NCBI GenBank assembly: GCA_042572045.1
Contig: JBHPFI010000005.1
Span: 1 to 55,893, forward strand
Length of the DNA stretch: 55,893 bases
Direction of reading: 5' to 3'
DNA from: Candidatus Omnitrophota bacterium
GTDB lineage: Bacteria > Omnitrophota > Gorgyraeia > Gorgyraeales > Gorgyraeaceae
Shown here: in pieces, positions 18,901-28,408 of the stretch
Layout of the letters: each line of letters begins with the position of its first letter
Numbering within the stretch: position 1 is the first letter of the stretch
Notes under the pieces: model-generated
What the model was told of the DNA's origin: nothing
Seen by the model: the letters and a program-made list of their open reading frames with translations, nothing else
Databases searched by the model: none
Translations under genes and position numbers: made by a program

Positions 18901-19787
18901 GGCCGGGTTTTCCATCTCTCATGGAACCAAACCCATTGAGAAGGAAACCTTTTTATGTAATTTTCTATAACCTTTGTATACCTCTGAGTGTTTTCCAATA
19001 TATCTTTTTCTTTATCCTCGCCGATCCTCAACTCTATCGGCTCTTCAATCAAAATCTCATGCCCAAAAGACTTTCTTACAATAAAACATGGGATTATAGG
19101 GGCCTTTGTCAAACGATTCAGAGCAGCCGGCCCGTTAGGCGTGTAAGCTGGCTTGCCGAAAAAATCAACAAACACCCCTGATATGCTGTCCATATCTTGA
19201 TCGGGCATTATGCCCACAAACTCATTTTTCTTAAGGAGTGCTATTACGTCTTTCGCTGAGGCGTCCCTGTAGAGAACATTAACCTTGTTTCTCTTTCTGA
19301 CCCTCTTTAAAACTTTCTCAAATTGCTCCATCCTCACGCGCCTGGCAATAACATTTACTGAGTATCCCTTTATTGCAAAATAATGGGCCAGGAATTCCCA
19401 GTTCCCAAAATGCGCTGTAAGTACTATACCCCCTCCGCCCTTTTGAATAAAGCGCTCTATTATCTCAATGCCTTTACATTCTATATAATTATCTATATTG
19501 CCCTTATTAAATTTGGATAGGGCCACTATCTCTATGAAATTTTTTCCCAGATTTTCAAAGACCTTTCCTGCTATAATCCTTTTTTCTTGCGGTGATTTAG
19601 AGCTGCCAAAGGCAATATCCAGATTATCTAAGGTTATCTTTCTTGGATTTTTAAGGCTGTGGAAAGCTATCTTTCCTAACGCCTGCCCTATCCTGAGCGC
19701 TAACCTTATAGGTAGTAGATAGATAAAAAAGCTCAAGATTCTAAAGAGCACAAAAATAACAGCCCTCTTCGGCTTATTCTTAGCCAT
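18897..19787 (-). CDS. Lipid A secondary acyltransferase (LpxL/HtrB family)
   Basis: N-terminal TM, HFGNWE catalytic motif, PDQD, FFG, QWVWFHERWK. Confidence 0.9.
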   Translation of the reverse strand: MAKNKPKRAVIFVLFRILSFFIYLLPIRLALRIGQALGKIAFHSLKNPRKITLDNLDIAFGSSKSPQEKRIIAGKVFENLGKNFIEIVALSKFNKGNIDNYIECKGIEIIERFIQKGGGGIVLTAHFGNWEFLAHYFAIKGYSVNVIARRVRMEQFEKVLKRVRKRNKVNVLYRDASAKDVIALLKKNEFVGIMPDQDMDSISGVFVDFFGKPAYTPNGPAALNRLTKAPIIPCFIVRKSFGHEILIEEPIELRIGEDKEKDILENTQRYTKVIENYIKRFPSQWVWFHERWKTRP

Positions 19788-19867
19788 AGCCGAAATATAT
19801 TATCATAGATAGGATATATAAGTCAATGGAATTAACGGGTAGGCCGCGCGGAAATCATACTCACACC

Positions 19868-19920
19868 CCTCTAATAACTTGACACTTTTGTCCTTGACTG
19901 ATTTGTCAAGTTATTAGAGG
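19868..19920. repeat. 41-bp palindromic dispersed element, copy B (reverse orientation, 17-bp perfect arms) at the end of the pilus locus
   Basis: CCTCTAATAACTTGACA-19 nt-TGTCAAGTTATTAGAGG; reverse complement of the loop matches copy C at 17/19. Confidence 0.9.
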
Positions 19921-19926
19921 AGCGTC

Positions 19927-20373
19927 TTAAAAGGGTTTCAGTTCAAGGGTATATCTTTCGCCATCCTGCTCCAGAATCACGCTCTTTTCAGTAATCTCAA
20001 CAACTCTCATATCGCCAATTCTGTCTTCAACTTTTACAACATCATCATTTATAATAGCATATGGATATTCCTTGTCCCATACAATGCCATTCAATAATAT
20101 TCCATCTAAAGCAGGGCTAGCCATAGTAGAGCCAGCGAATGAAAAAGGGTCTCTCCTCCATTCTTCCTTTATATCAGCTCCCTTTAGTTCCGCCTCCTCA
20201 ATAGATATAGGAACTAACAACGAAGACACCGCTAACTTACTCATCTCCATTGTAGTCTTTTTTTCCTTTTGAATCTTTTGCATATTACTAATAACTAAGA
20301 ATATTAAAATTACAATACCAATAGCTGTTATTATAAGTTCAGTTTTCTGTTTTTTATCTAAGTTTTTAAACAT
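19927..20373 (-). CDS. MshK/PilP/GspB-like pilus assembly protein
   Basis: N-terminal TM, WRRDPF motif, C-terminal LNGIVWD..PYAIIN..V.V.D domain; follows the PilO-like gene. Confidence 0.7.
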   Translation of the reverse strand: MFKNLDKKQKTELIITAIGIVILIFLVISNMQKIQKEKKTTMEMSKLAVSSLLVPISIEEAELKGADIKEEWRRDPFSFAGSTMASPALDGILLNGIVWDKEYPYAIINDDVVKVEDRIGDMRVVEITEKSVILEQDGERYTLELKPF

Positions 20374-20374
20374 A

Positions 20375-20959
20375 TTACTTCCCAAGGAGGTAAGCGGTTA
20401 AATCTATCTCCGCGTTTAAGATAGGGGTCATGCTCTCATCTTTTTCTATGTTTACCTGTTCTATGGAGATCATTGGGGCCCTGCTTGTCTCAAGATTTAC
20501 AAGAAACTGCCCCAGGGCCTGATATCTAGCTTCAACATTTAAAGTCAAAGGCATGCATTTACAGAAAAAATCTGAAAGCTTAAGCTCTTTTCCCTCATGA
20601 TCTTTATATATCTCAAAATTTTCTGGCTTCAATGAAATTACATTTATTTTAAATAGCTTTGCCTTTTCGTTTAATCCCTTGATTATATCTGACACTGCCC
20701 TTTCATAAGGAAATGCCTCCTCAAGCAAAGCCAATTCCCCGCGCATCTTTATGATATTATTCTCCAATGCCTCCTGCCCCCCAATAAAATCATAAAGCCC
20801 CTCTATATCTGATCTTAATTCCCTATGTTCTCTGTTCAGCCTTTTGAACTCCCTATGCTTCGGGATATACGCAAACTGAAACAATAGTGCTAACAGGAGT
20901 ATAAAGACGCCTACCATCAAAATATCTTTTTTATTCTCTATTTTAAATCTTACACTCAA
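20375..20959 (-). CDS. pilO: PilO/MshJ-like alignment subcomplex protein
   Basis: TM, coiled coil, ferredoxin-like C-terminus (PLTLNVEARYQALGQFLVNLE). Confidence 0.8.
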   Translation of the reverse strand: MSVRFKIENKKDILMVGVFILLLALLFQFAYIPKHREFKRLNREHRELRSDIEGLYDFIGGQEALENNIIKMRGELALLEEAFPYERAVSDIIKGLNEKAKLFKINVISLKPENFEIYKDHEGKELKLSDFFCKCMPLTLNVEARYQALGQFLVNLETSRAPMISIEQVNIEKDESMTPILNAEIDLTAYLLGK

Positions 20960-20962
20960 AGC

Positions 20963-22495
20963 TTACCTCACAACGCTACAAACAATCTCAAAATCTAACG
21001 CCTCTTTTGAATAATCTTCATTCTTTTCAGAGAAGCTCAGTTTCACCTTTTCGAATACTGGAGAGGTCTCCAGATTAGACATAAATTCGCTTAAACTCTC
21101 CTCTTTCAACACAACGCCTGCAATCTTTACATTCGGCTCTGTATCTTTTATAATCAAATCGCTAAATATTACAAAAGAGGACGTTAGATTGCTCAGCTCT
21201 CTCATTACCCTTCCTGTGTATATATTTTCATGAGAGACAACATTTACAGCATAACCAAGCATTGTTATTTTATCCTTAATGGACCTCACGTCCTTCAATG
21301 TAGCCCAATGTGGCCTATAGATATCCAACTCATTTTTCAGATTAGCTACCTTCATAAATAACAATCCATAGAAAATAAAAAATAATGATAAAAGCACAAC
21401 GAAGAACATCCTTAAAGAGAATCTTTTAAACTCAGTTTTTTTCTCATCTTTAAATCTTGCTGGGATCATATTTAAATCAGATTCATTAAGCAAGGGTAGG
21501 CCTGCCGCACATGCTGTCTCAGGCAGGGCCTCCAATACTTGGAGTCCTGTCTCTTTCGATAAATACTCCTTAAGGCCTTTTAAGTTTGAACCGCCACCCG
21601 TTAAAATAATATTTTTAACTGCATCACATTTAAATCTATGGGCATAATACTCCAAAGATCTTTTTATCTCATTTGAGAACCTCTCCAAGACCGGCCTCAT
21701 CATTGATAAAATCCTTATATCCTCGGAGATACCCTGCTCGCGCTTTATCTTTTCTGCTCTGTCCTTAGAAAGTTCCACCTTGCCTTTATCTGTCATCAAA
21801 ACCCCTGTCATTGCCTCTGTAATATTATCTCCGCCGACTGCCACATCTCTTGCAAAAGACAATTTCCCGTTTTCGATAATACCTATAGTTGTCTTAACGC
21901 TACCTATATCTGCAATAGCCACCCTCTCCCTTGGAGAAACTATACCTAAATGGGTTACGTAGCTGGCAATGGCAAACTCACTTGGGAAAACGCCTTGTAT
22001 ATTTAATCCAAGATCTTTTAATCTCTTTACCTTTTCTTCGACATCCTCGTCTTTATAAACTACTGCAATCAGATCTATCTTTCTGGAACCATCATCAGAG
22101 TCTATTTCACCTAAAACATTGAATCTTATCTTTGTCTTGTCGATGTCAAACTTGACCTGATCTTTTAACTCCCATTTCAAGGCCCCCTCTATCTCTTCAT
22201 GAGGCATTACTGGCACGCTCGTTCTTCTTACTGCCATATTGTCTCCGCTAAAATTCACAAATATCGCTTCCTCACTATCTATAGACATATCCTTGTTTAA
22301 ATCTTTCACATACTCTGCTTCCTTTATCAAGCTATTTTTAATAGATAAGCCTTTACTTGTCTTCTGAATCCTAGCGGCCTTAAAATATTTTAGCCCTAAA
22401 TCCAGGCCGATTAGGTTCTCAGCTTTTGTCTTAAGGCCTAGACCTGAGAGAAGCGATTTAGTCTCCTTTTGGAGTTGCTTTATTATAGCTTTCAT
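20963..22495 (-). CDS. pilM: PilM-PilN fusion (MshI/GspL architecture)
   Basis: Actin-like PilM motifs IGLDLG, ADIGS, EIKRSLEYY, ILTGGGS, then LNMIP (PilN INLLP), TM, coiled coil, FMSNLETSPVF. Confidence 0.85.
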   Translation of the reverse strand: MKAIIKQLQKETKSLLSGLGLKTKAENLIGLDLGLKYFKAARIQKTSKGLSIKNSLIKEAEYVKDLNKDMSIDSEEAIFVNFSGDNMAVRRTSVPVMPHEEIEGALKWELKDQVKFDIDKTKIRFNVLGEIDSDDGSRKIDLIAVVYKDEDVEEKVKRLKDLGLNIQGVFPSEFAIASYVTHLGIVSPRERVAIADIGSVKTTIGIIENGKLSFARDVAVGGDNITEAMTGVLMTDKGKVELSKDRAEKIKREQGISEDIRILSMMRPVLERFSNEIKRSLEYYAHRFKCDAVKNIILTGGGSNLKGLKEYLSKETGLQVLEALPETACAAGLPLLNESDLNMIPARFKDEKKTEFKRFSLRMFFVVLLSLFFIFYGLLFMKVANLKNELDIYRPHWATLKDVRSIKDKITMLGYAVNVVSHENIYTGRVMRELSNLTSSFVIFSDLIIKDTEPNVKIAGVVLKEESLSEFMSNLETSPVFEKVKLSFSEKNEDYSKEALDFEIVCSVVR

Positions 22496-22516
22496 GACTT
22501 TTCAATTATACCACAA

Positions 22517-23575
22517 TCACAATGACTCCTGCCACAAAGAAGTTGTAATTGCACCAGTAGCATACCCCTCAAAATATGGAGGTGGATTTGTTGCTATATC
22601 AGAATCGTAATTAATAGTAAAACTTGCACCAGTCTTTATAGATATATTGCCTCCTGCTAGTATAGACGTATTCATGGTAACAGTATCAAGATTATCAAAA
22701 TCTATATTGCCATCAGCAGATATCAAGCCATTTATAGTGGAATCTGATAAACCATCTCCGCTGATATTGCCTCCTGCAATAAGCGCAGGATAGCCGGACG
22801 CAGCATCTATAGTTAGAGAGTCTACTGCCATGGAAATGCCTAGCCTAGCAATAACCGAACCATATATGGTAACATTTCTCTCTATAGTAGCGCTTCCATC
22901 TATATACCAAATTTCTTCACTGCCAGCTGACCCGTAGGTATTTCCCTCTGTAAATGTAAAACCGCCGCTTTCAACATTATCAGCTATAGCCTCATAACCA
23001 TCCGTATCAACAGGCGTGGGATCGTCTACACTTGAACTTTCAGTTACAGTACCGTTTATTGTCATACTGCCGTAATTTTTAACTGAGCTTGAAGATGCTA
23101 CATCACCATTCACTGTGCCTGTGGAATTCTTAAAATCTATCCAACTGCCAAAACCATGGAAGCCATAATCAAAGGCCTCTGGTGTCCCTCCAGAATATCC
23201 GCCAGCTGATCTTTCTACATGTTGCGTTATAACCCTCTGAACATCATTCCAATCCCAGCCCGTAACCTTGCCCGTTGCTGTTATGTCGATAGAATTAGTT
23301 GCCTCATTAGCATAAGTTACGCTAAATGTACCTACATCAAAAGATTGATCAGTTTTAACAGTCGGGGGACTCGACCAATCACTATCGTTCTCTAATTGCT
23401 CCATGTACCATTCCAAACCTGCGTGCGCCAGATAAAATGCCTGTTGCGCTTGCATATCTGCTACGGATGATATATTCCCACTGGACATTGTAGACGCCAC
23501 AACCAGCGCCAAAGTAGCTATTATCAACATTATAATAACAGTGGCTACCAGTGAAATACCTCTATTATTAATCAT
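22517..23575 (-). CDS. PilX/MshP-like minor pilin with extended beta-solenoid C-terminus
   Basis: RG|ISLVA without Glu+5, QAFYLAHAGLE PilX motif; repeated A.GNI turns; start ATG 23575. Confidence 0.75.
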   Translation of the reverse strand: MINNRGISLVATVIIMLIIATLALVVASTMSSGNISSVADMQAQQAFYLAHAGLEWYMEQLENDSDWSSPPTVKTDQSFDVGTFSVTYANEATNSIDITATGKVTGWDWNDVQRVITQHVERSAGGYSGGTPEAFDYGFHGFGSWIDFKNSTGTVNGDVASSSSVKNYGSMTINGTVTESSSVDDPTPVDTDGYEAIADNVESGGFTFTEGNTYGSAGSEEIWYIDGSATIERNVTIYGSVIARLGISMAVDSLTIDAASGYPALIAGGNISGDGLSDSTINGLISADGNIDFDNLDTVTMNTSILAGGNISIKTGASFTINYDSDIATNPPPYFEGYATGAITTSLWQESL

Positions 23576-23576
23576 T

Positions 23577-24083
23577 TTAAAAATTCCTCGGAACACTTTC
23601 CGACTGCAAATAGACATTTTCTCCGTTCTTTGTAAGGGTCAGATTTACCATCACCCTTCTTACATCAGTTTCACTTGGACTCACAGTTGGTGTAGAAATA
23701 GCAGAACCGCTGGAATCAAAATAAGTAAACGCTAAACTCGAAACATCTTCTGCAAGCGTATTGCTGACTCCATTCTCCGTCCTATTAAGATCCGTAATGC
23801 TTAAACTATATGTTATATCAATATCATCCGTATTTATAAACCTAAACTGTGAAGAACTCGCCGTAGTAACGCTAGTTAGATCCTTTACCTCTCTCATCTC
23901 CCGCAACATCCTGTTCATGGCAAGCCTTCCGTCCCACAAAATGTCATTGCGGTTAAATTTGAATGTCCATGCATCAACTGTTCCAAGTAAAACAAATCCA
24001 ACAACGCCAGTTATAATGCCAATTATCATTATAACTATCACCAGCTCTATAAGCGTAAAACCATTTACCTTATTCATGGACAT
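23577..24083 (-). CDS. Minor pilin (PilW/GspJ/MshO-like)
   Basis: NG|FTLIELVIVIMII class III signal; GRLAMNRMLREMRE; ends PRNF. Confidence 0.85.
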   Translation of the reverse strand: MSMNKVNGFTLIELVIVIMIIGIITGVVGFVLLGTVDAWTFKFNRNDILWDGRLAMNRMLREMREVKDLTSVTTASSSQFRFINTDDIDITYSLSITDLNRTENGVSNTLAEDVSSLAFTYFDSSGSAISTPTVSPSETDVRRVMVNLTLTKNGENVYLQSESVPRNF

Positions 24084-24085
24084 GC

Positions 24086-24457
24086 TCAGTTATTAGTGAC
24101 AATGGTTTTCAAACTAACATCTCCTATTATGACATTAGTTACTCGTACCTCTACTTGTTTATAATTGCTCTTGCTAGGATCAACTGCTATGTCCGTAGGC
24201 ACTGCGCTCATTATAACCCGAAAAGAATAATTGCTAAAATTTCCACTGAAATTTGCAGGAGGCTCATTGCTAACATCCGCAAAGCTCAAGCCTGAAACCC
24301 GCTCCATCTCTCCTTTTGCCAAGCCTACAGCAACAGCCATCACTTCATCTCGCGGCGCATTTATAAACACTCCTGTAACAACTGTTAACAGCCCCAAAAA
24401 AGCAATGCCTATAACCACTACTGCTATCATTGTCTCTATTAAGGTAAAGCCTTTCAC
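24086..24457 (-). CDS. Minor pilin (PilV/GspI/MshD-like)
   Basis: KG|FTLIETMIAVVVI; AVGLAKGEME; KQVEVRV. Confidence 0.85.
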   Translation of the reverse strand: MKGFTLIETMIAVVVIGIAFLGLLTVVTGVFINAPRDEVMAVAVGLAKGEMERVSGLSFADVSNEPPANFSGNFSNYSFRVIMSAVPTDIAVDPSKSNYKQVEVRVTNVIIGDVSLKTIVTNN

Positions 24458-24942
24458 TGTATGCTCACCTTCCCCGTCACTGGTTCAATCCTTACTGTCT
24501 TAGAATTTGAGTCATCTGTCAGAGTCACTATGCCCTCGCTCGACACCAAAACTCCGTTTCCGTCATAAGGCGCACCGATAGAATCAAACTCTACTGCATC
24601 GCTAAAATTAGTGCTTACTATTTGTATCTCATTGAATTCTCTCATCTCATCAAATTCAACCTCTAAATCACCCTGTGTTTGCGGGTCTTTTGCCTTGCTA
24701 GAAGTATTTATCCTATATCCAAAATACGCTTCATCGCTGGTATCAAATGAAATCCCGAATCTCACCTGTTCAGCCATTGCCATCTCTTGCATATACCTTA
24801 AATCCATTGCAAGTCTTTGACATGCTGCCTCGAGCCTGATAGGCCCCTTTGCTGTTCCGCTGACAAGCACCGTAACTGCCAGAATCCCTAATACAACTAT
24901 TATTATCGCCAGCTCTATCAATGTAAAACCCTGCCTGTGCAT
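24454..24942 (-). CDS. Minor pilin (FimT/GspH/MshC-like)
   Basis: QG|FTLIELAIII; LAMDLRYMQEMA; FDSIGAP; IEPVTG; start ATG 24942. Confidence 0.85.
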   Translation of the reverse strand: MHRQGFTLIELAIIIVVLGILAVTVLVSGTAKGPIRLEAACQRLAMDLRYMQEMAMAEQVRFGISFDTSDEAYFGYRINTSSKAKDPQTQGDLEVEFDEMREFNEIQIVSTNFSDAVEFDSIGAPYDGNGVLVSSEGIVTLTDDSNSKTVRIEPVTGKVSIQ

Positions 24943-25020
24943 ATTTAAATCTCCCGCTATGCTAAACAAAAAAACTATACCTCATAATATATCTAAACTA
25001 TACCTTACGCCAGTAAAAAA

Positions 25021-27378
25021 TCAACCCTTCGACTTTTTCTGACGCAATATACTAACGAACCAGAAGCCGAATAAAGCTGCAATTGTAACCAACGTCACCA
25101 GCATACCTATCTTAAGCGACAGCGGGTTATACCTGAACCTCACGATATGTTCTCCTGGCTCGATACGCACTGCGCGCAAAATGTAATCAGCTCTATAAAT
25201 CTTCTCGCGGCTACCATCTACATAAGCCTCCCACCCAGGATAATATGAATCGCTTAAAACTAAAAACTTTTCACTTTTAGCCTTGGCCTCAATAATGATT
25301 TCATTGGGTTCATATTTTACTATAGAAACCTTTTCAGATCTTATGTCTGAAACAAAATCAGTCCTCCTTAAGGACGCTTCCTCTTCCAGAATAATTTCCT
25401 CTGAAGGATCAAATTCCTTGCTTTTTAATGTTTCGAGTATTTCTTTCTCGTCTTTAAGGACCTTTACATTGTCCGCCAAAAACGCCCTGGCCATAACATT
25501 TCTATTCTCATAAATATTTACCTTGTCCGTCTTCTCGGCAACATGATACCCCTTTGCCTCAAAATCCTTTGGCGAAATCACATACTTCACATTTAATAGA
25601 TTTAATAGATTTGTATCGTCAGGAAGGTCCGAATGTATTATTATATCCATTACCTCTTCGTGCCTTCTATTGTAAAGTGAACCATATCCATATGCGTCAT
25701 AAATCTGAAAACTCACGCCCCTGTTAGAGACCAGCCTTTCTCTAAGAGACCTCATGCCCTCAAGATAGTCTCTCTCCGGAACAAAGGTATTCTGCCTCAA
25801 TGTTGCCGGAGAATCGAATATTCTGAATAGGGCCTTATCCTTTTTTAAAAATTCGATGCCCTTGCCTGGTTTTAGATGCTCGTCGATATCCATATTCTTG
25901 TATATATTTACATTTGCCGTAAAGACATCCCATAAGGCTACAGAGATTAATACAGGGATCAGTAAATTCAGGTTCATCTTCCTCCTCAGCCCAAAAAACA
26001 TAAACAATGCCAAAAACATGAAAATACCGATTGCCCTTTTTAAATTATGCACCCCCACAAGAATAAACTGCGCCAAAGCATCCTTTTTGTCCATAAAATA
26101 GGGCGCACTATTTAATATCCTGACATGTAAAAAACTACATATTTTTGTAAAATTCAAATTGACTGCGAGATAAAAAAATGACGCTACAAAAGCCAGGATT
26201 AAAATCGTTTTTAAGAATCTCTTGAGAAAATGGTTTGACTTGATAGCCTCTCTATAATAATCCAAACCCATCCCTGCCAGGATTGCCAAAGAGAACGAAA
26301 CCATAAAAAAGAATTTTATAGGGTATCTTGAAAGACTAAAACCCGGCATAAGCTTGTATAAAAAATAATAGACTGGGGTGTATCTGCCAAATGAAAGAAT
26401 CAGGCCCAATGCCAGGATATAAAAAAATACCTTTCTCCTTTTTGTAACGACGAATTTCAGGGCCAAGAAAGCGCATAAGAGGGTAAATATACCCATGTAA
26501 TACACTAATAGCCAGCTCTGTCTACCCCAATAATCTTTGTAGAGATAATCTGACTCGCTCAAATAAGGCACAAATAAATCCAGAAGCGCGTACGGAGGAA
26601 AGGACCACATGGAGGCCTCGCCAAAATCCATGCTCGCCCTGGAAGAATATCCTACAAATTCCAGAAAAGGCAAAATCTGAAAACATGAAAGCCCTGTCAT
26701 GACTAATAAGGAAAGCCCCAACGGCTTTATATTCGGTCGGCCCAGCAAGAGCAATATAAAGACCGTGGAATAGACTATTATCGGCTCTCCCCCTAAAAAC
26801 ATAAAGGCTAAAAATATCCCCGTAATCATGGAATTTTTGATCCATTCTTTCTTTAAGGATCTCTCGTAAAATAAAATCGCAAGCGGGAGCCATACAATAG
26901 AGGCGAGCGATGCCGGAAGATTTATCACAGAGATAATATATCCGCTGAACATAAAGGCTATACTTGAAAAAAATGACGCATATCTTGAATAAGCCCAGCT
27001 TCTCATTAAGATATAGGTGAATAGGCCTGCGAGGAAGATATGTAATATTATGAAATAGTTAAATGCGTGCGGGTAAGAAAAAAAGAGGTATATTACGCTT
27101 AGAGGATAAAATACACATGTCTGAAGTTCTGCGAGATGCGGGCTTCCGCAGTGGATATAAGGATTCCATAAAGGGACTTTATGGCAAAGAAACTGTGTTA
27201 CGCTGAATTCTCTTAAAGGATAGAAGAACCTGGAAAGGTCCCTGTGAACGAATATTTTGCCTTCAAATAAAACATCTGAAAAAAAGATAGCTACAAGAGC
27301 AATTAAAATAAAAAAAGGGACAGCTTCTTTTAGCCATCCCTTTTTTTCTATAATAATACGCTTCAAAATTCGCGTCAA
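25021..27378 (-). CDS. YfhO-family GT-C membrane glycosyltransferase
   Basis: RD...FYP, PLWNPY..GSP, FYP, many TMs, SRYP, LLNVKY, LVLSDSYYPGWEAYVDG, GEHIVRFRY.P; likely TTG start 27378 just after the pilin stop. Confidence 0.88.
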   Translation of the reverse strand: MTRILKRIIIEKKGWLKEAVPFFILIALVAIFFSDVLFEGKIFVHRDLSRFFYPLREFSVTQFLCHKVPLWNPYIHCGSPHLAELQTCVFYPLSVIYLFFSYPHAFNYFIILHIFLAGLFTYILMRSWAYSRYASFFSSIAFMFSGYIISVINLPASLASIVWLPLAILFYERSLKKEWIKNSMITGIFLAFMFLGGEPIIVYSTVFILLLLGRPNIKPLGLSLLVMTGLSCFQILPFLEFVGYSSRASMDFGEASMWSFPPYALLDLFVPYLSESDYLYKDYWGRQSWLLVYYMGIFTLLCAFLALKFVVTKRRKVFFYILALGLILSFGRYTPVYYFLYKLMPGFSLSRYPIKFFFMVSFSLAILAGMGLDYYREAIKSNHFLKRFLKTILILAFVASFFYLAVNLNFTKICSFLHVRILNSAPYFMDKKDALAQFILVGVHNLKRAIGIFMFLALFMFFGLRRKMNLNLLIPVLISVALWDVFTANVNIYKNMDIDEHLKPGKGIEFLKKDKALFRIFDSPATLRQNTFVPERDYLEGMRSLRERLVSNRGVSFQIYDAYGYGSLYNRRHEEVMDIIIHSDLPDDTNLLNLLNVKYVISPKDFEAKGYHVAEKTDKVNIYENRNVMARAFLADNVKVLKDEKEILETLKSKEFDPSEEIILEEEASLRRTDFVSDIRSEKVSIVKYEPNEIIIEAKAKSEKFLVLSDSYYPGWEAYVDGSREKIYRADYILRAVRIEPGEHIVRFRYNPLSLKIGMLVTLVTIAALFGFWFVSILRQKKSKG

Positions 27379-27388
27379 TCTATATTGT

Positions 27389-27793
27389 TTACCAGGTAGA
27401 AGTATCCTGCGTCCCGTCGGAATAGGCCCCTGCCTTGCCGGAAGCAGATATATACCACCATCCATTAGCGGATGTAGCTGTTCCGCTAGGCGCAGATCCT
27501 ACAGCTCCTACAGACGTAGAATTGTTAAATTTATTCTCCGGAACACGTTCGTCCGCGAATAGATCTGTTGTGATCGCAGAAGGAAACGCTACAGTACCGG
27601 ACGTAGCGCTCTTTGCATAATCAATCGCAATCACTGAACGAAGCGCGCCCAGACCGCTTTTAGTAGCAGATATTTCTGCTTCTGTAGTAAGGTCTACAAA
27701 TTTTGGAATAGCTATAGCTGAGAGTATCCCAAGTATGACAATCACCATTACTAGCTCAATAAGAGTAAAGCCGGCTTCCTTTTTTAACATCAT
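27389..27793 (-). CDS. Major type IV pilin, MshA-like
   Basis: AG|FTLIELVMVIVILGILSAIAIPKFVDL..EA; Ser/Thr/Gly-rich C-terminus; AGGAGG RBS. Confidence 0.88.
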   Translation of the reverse strand: MMLKKEAGFTLIELVMVIVILGILSAIAIPKFVDLTTEAEISATKSGLGALRSVIAIDYAKSATSGTVAFPSAITTDLFADERVPENKFNNSTSVGAVGSAPSGTATSANGWWYISASGKAGAYSDGTQDTSTW

Positions 27794-28170
27794 CGCATCC
27801 TCCTTTTTACCTCTCCTGTTTTATTATTATATATAAACCTATGGCCGTTAGGACATATAGGATAGCCTTCTTTATCCAATGTCTGAAATTCCAAATATTC
27901 CTTATCGTATAAGCTGTCTTCTTTTATTACCTTACATTCCTTGTTAAGCTCTCTTAAATCTTCTGGATAATGACCTTCCAATGCTTTATATAATTCTACT
28001 GAGGTCTTAATATTTGTCAATTGATTCTCTAATGCAACCTCCTGTGCCTCTTTAAGATTGATGATACCATATTTTATAAATATACCTGAAATACCAAGTA
28101 AAATCAATATAGAAAATATAGTTTCTATCAACCCCCTTCCTTTATTATCATTTTCAAATCTGTGATGCAT
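27790..28170 (-). CDS. Atypical pilin-like protein (MshF/GspG-like)
   Basis: KG|RGLIE (Arg at +1, Glu at +5), TM, EVALENQLTNIK...LY....HYPEDL; start ATG 28170. Confidence 0.65.
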   Translation of the reverse strand: MHHRFENDNKGRGLIETIFSILILLGISGIFIKYGIINLKEAQEVALENQLTNIKTSVELYKALEGHYPEDLRELNKECKVIKEDSLYDKEYLEFQTLDKEGYPICPNGHRFIYNNKTGEVKRRMR

Positions 28171-28174
28171 TAAT

Positions 28175-28393
28175 CTATGTCTTGTACAAATAATAAGCGA
28201 CAAAAAGTAATGTTAAGCCTGAAAGCAATAAACAAATCCCTATACCTTGTTTATACTTATAGGCAAGGCTATCCAAATCCTTTATTAGCTTATTTGCCTT
28301 AGTATTTATTTTGTCAAAGCTCTCCTTTGGTAGTATTAATAAAAGAAACCCAAAAAACAATGCTATGATCCCTGAAAATATCAAAAAACACAT
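28175..28393 (-). CDS. Small two-TM membrane protein of unknown function
   Basis: 72 aa, two hydrophobic helices, GAGG RBS, tightly packed in the operon. Confidence 0.7.
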   Translation of the reverse strand: MCFLIFSGIIALFFGFLLLILPKESFDKINTKANKLIKDLDSLAYKYKQGIGICLLLSGLTLLFVAYYLYKT

Positions 28394-28408
28394 CTCTGCC
28401 TCTCTTTC

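Noticed and set aside
27379-27465. Long N-terminal extensions in the ORF track (YfhO, also purA, PilX-like, kdsB, GT9s, receiver 3)
   Set aside because: They overlap upstream genes or repeats; downstream starts fit RBS position, translational coupling and family N-termini better
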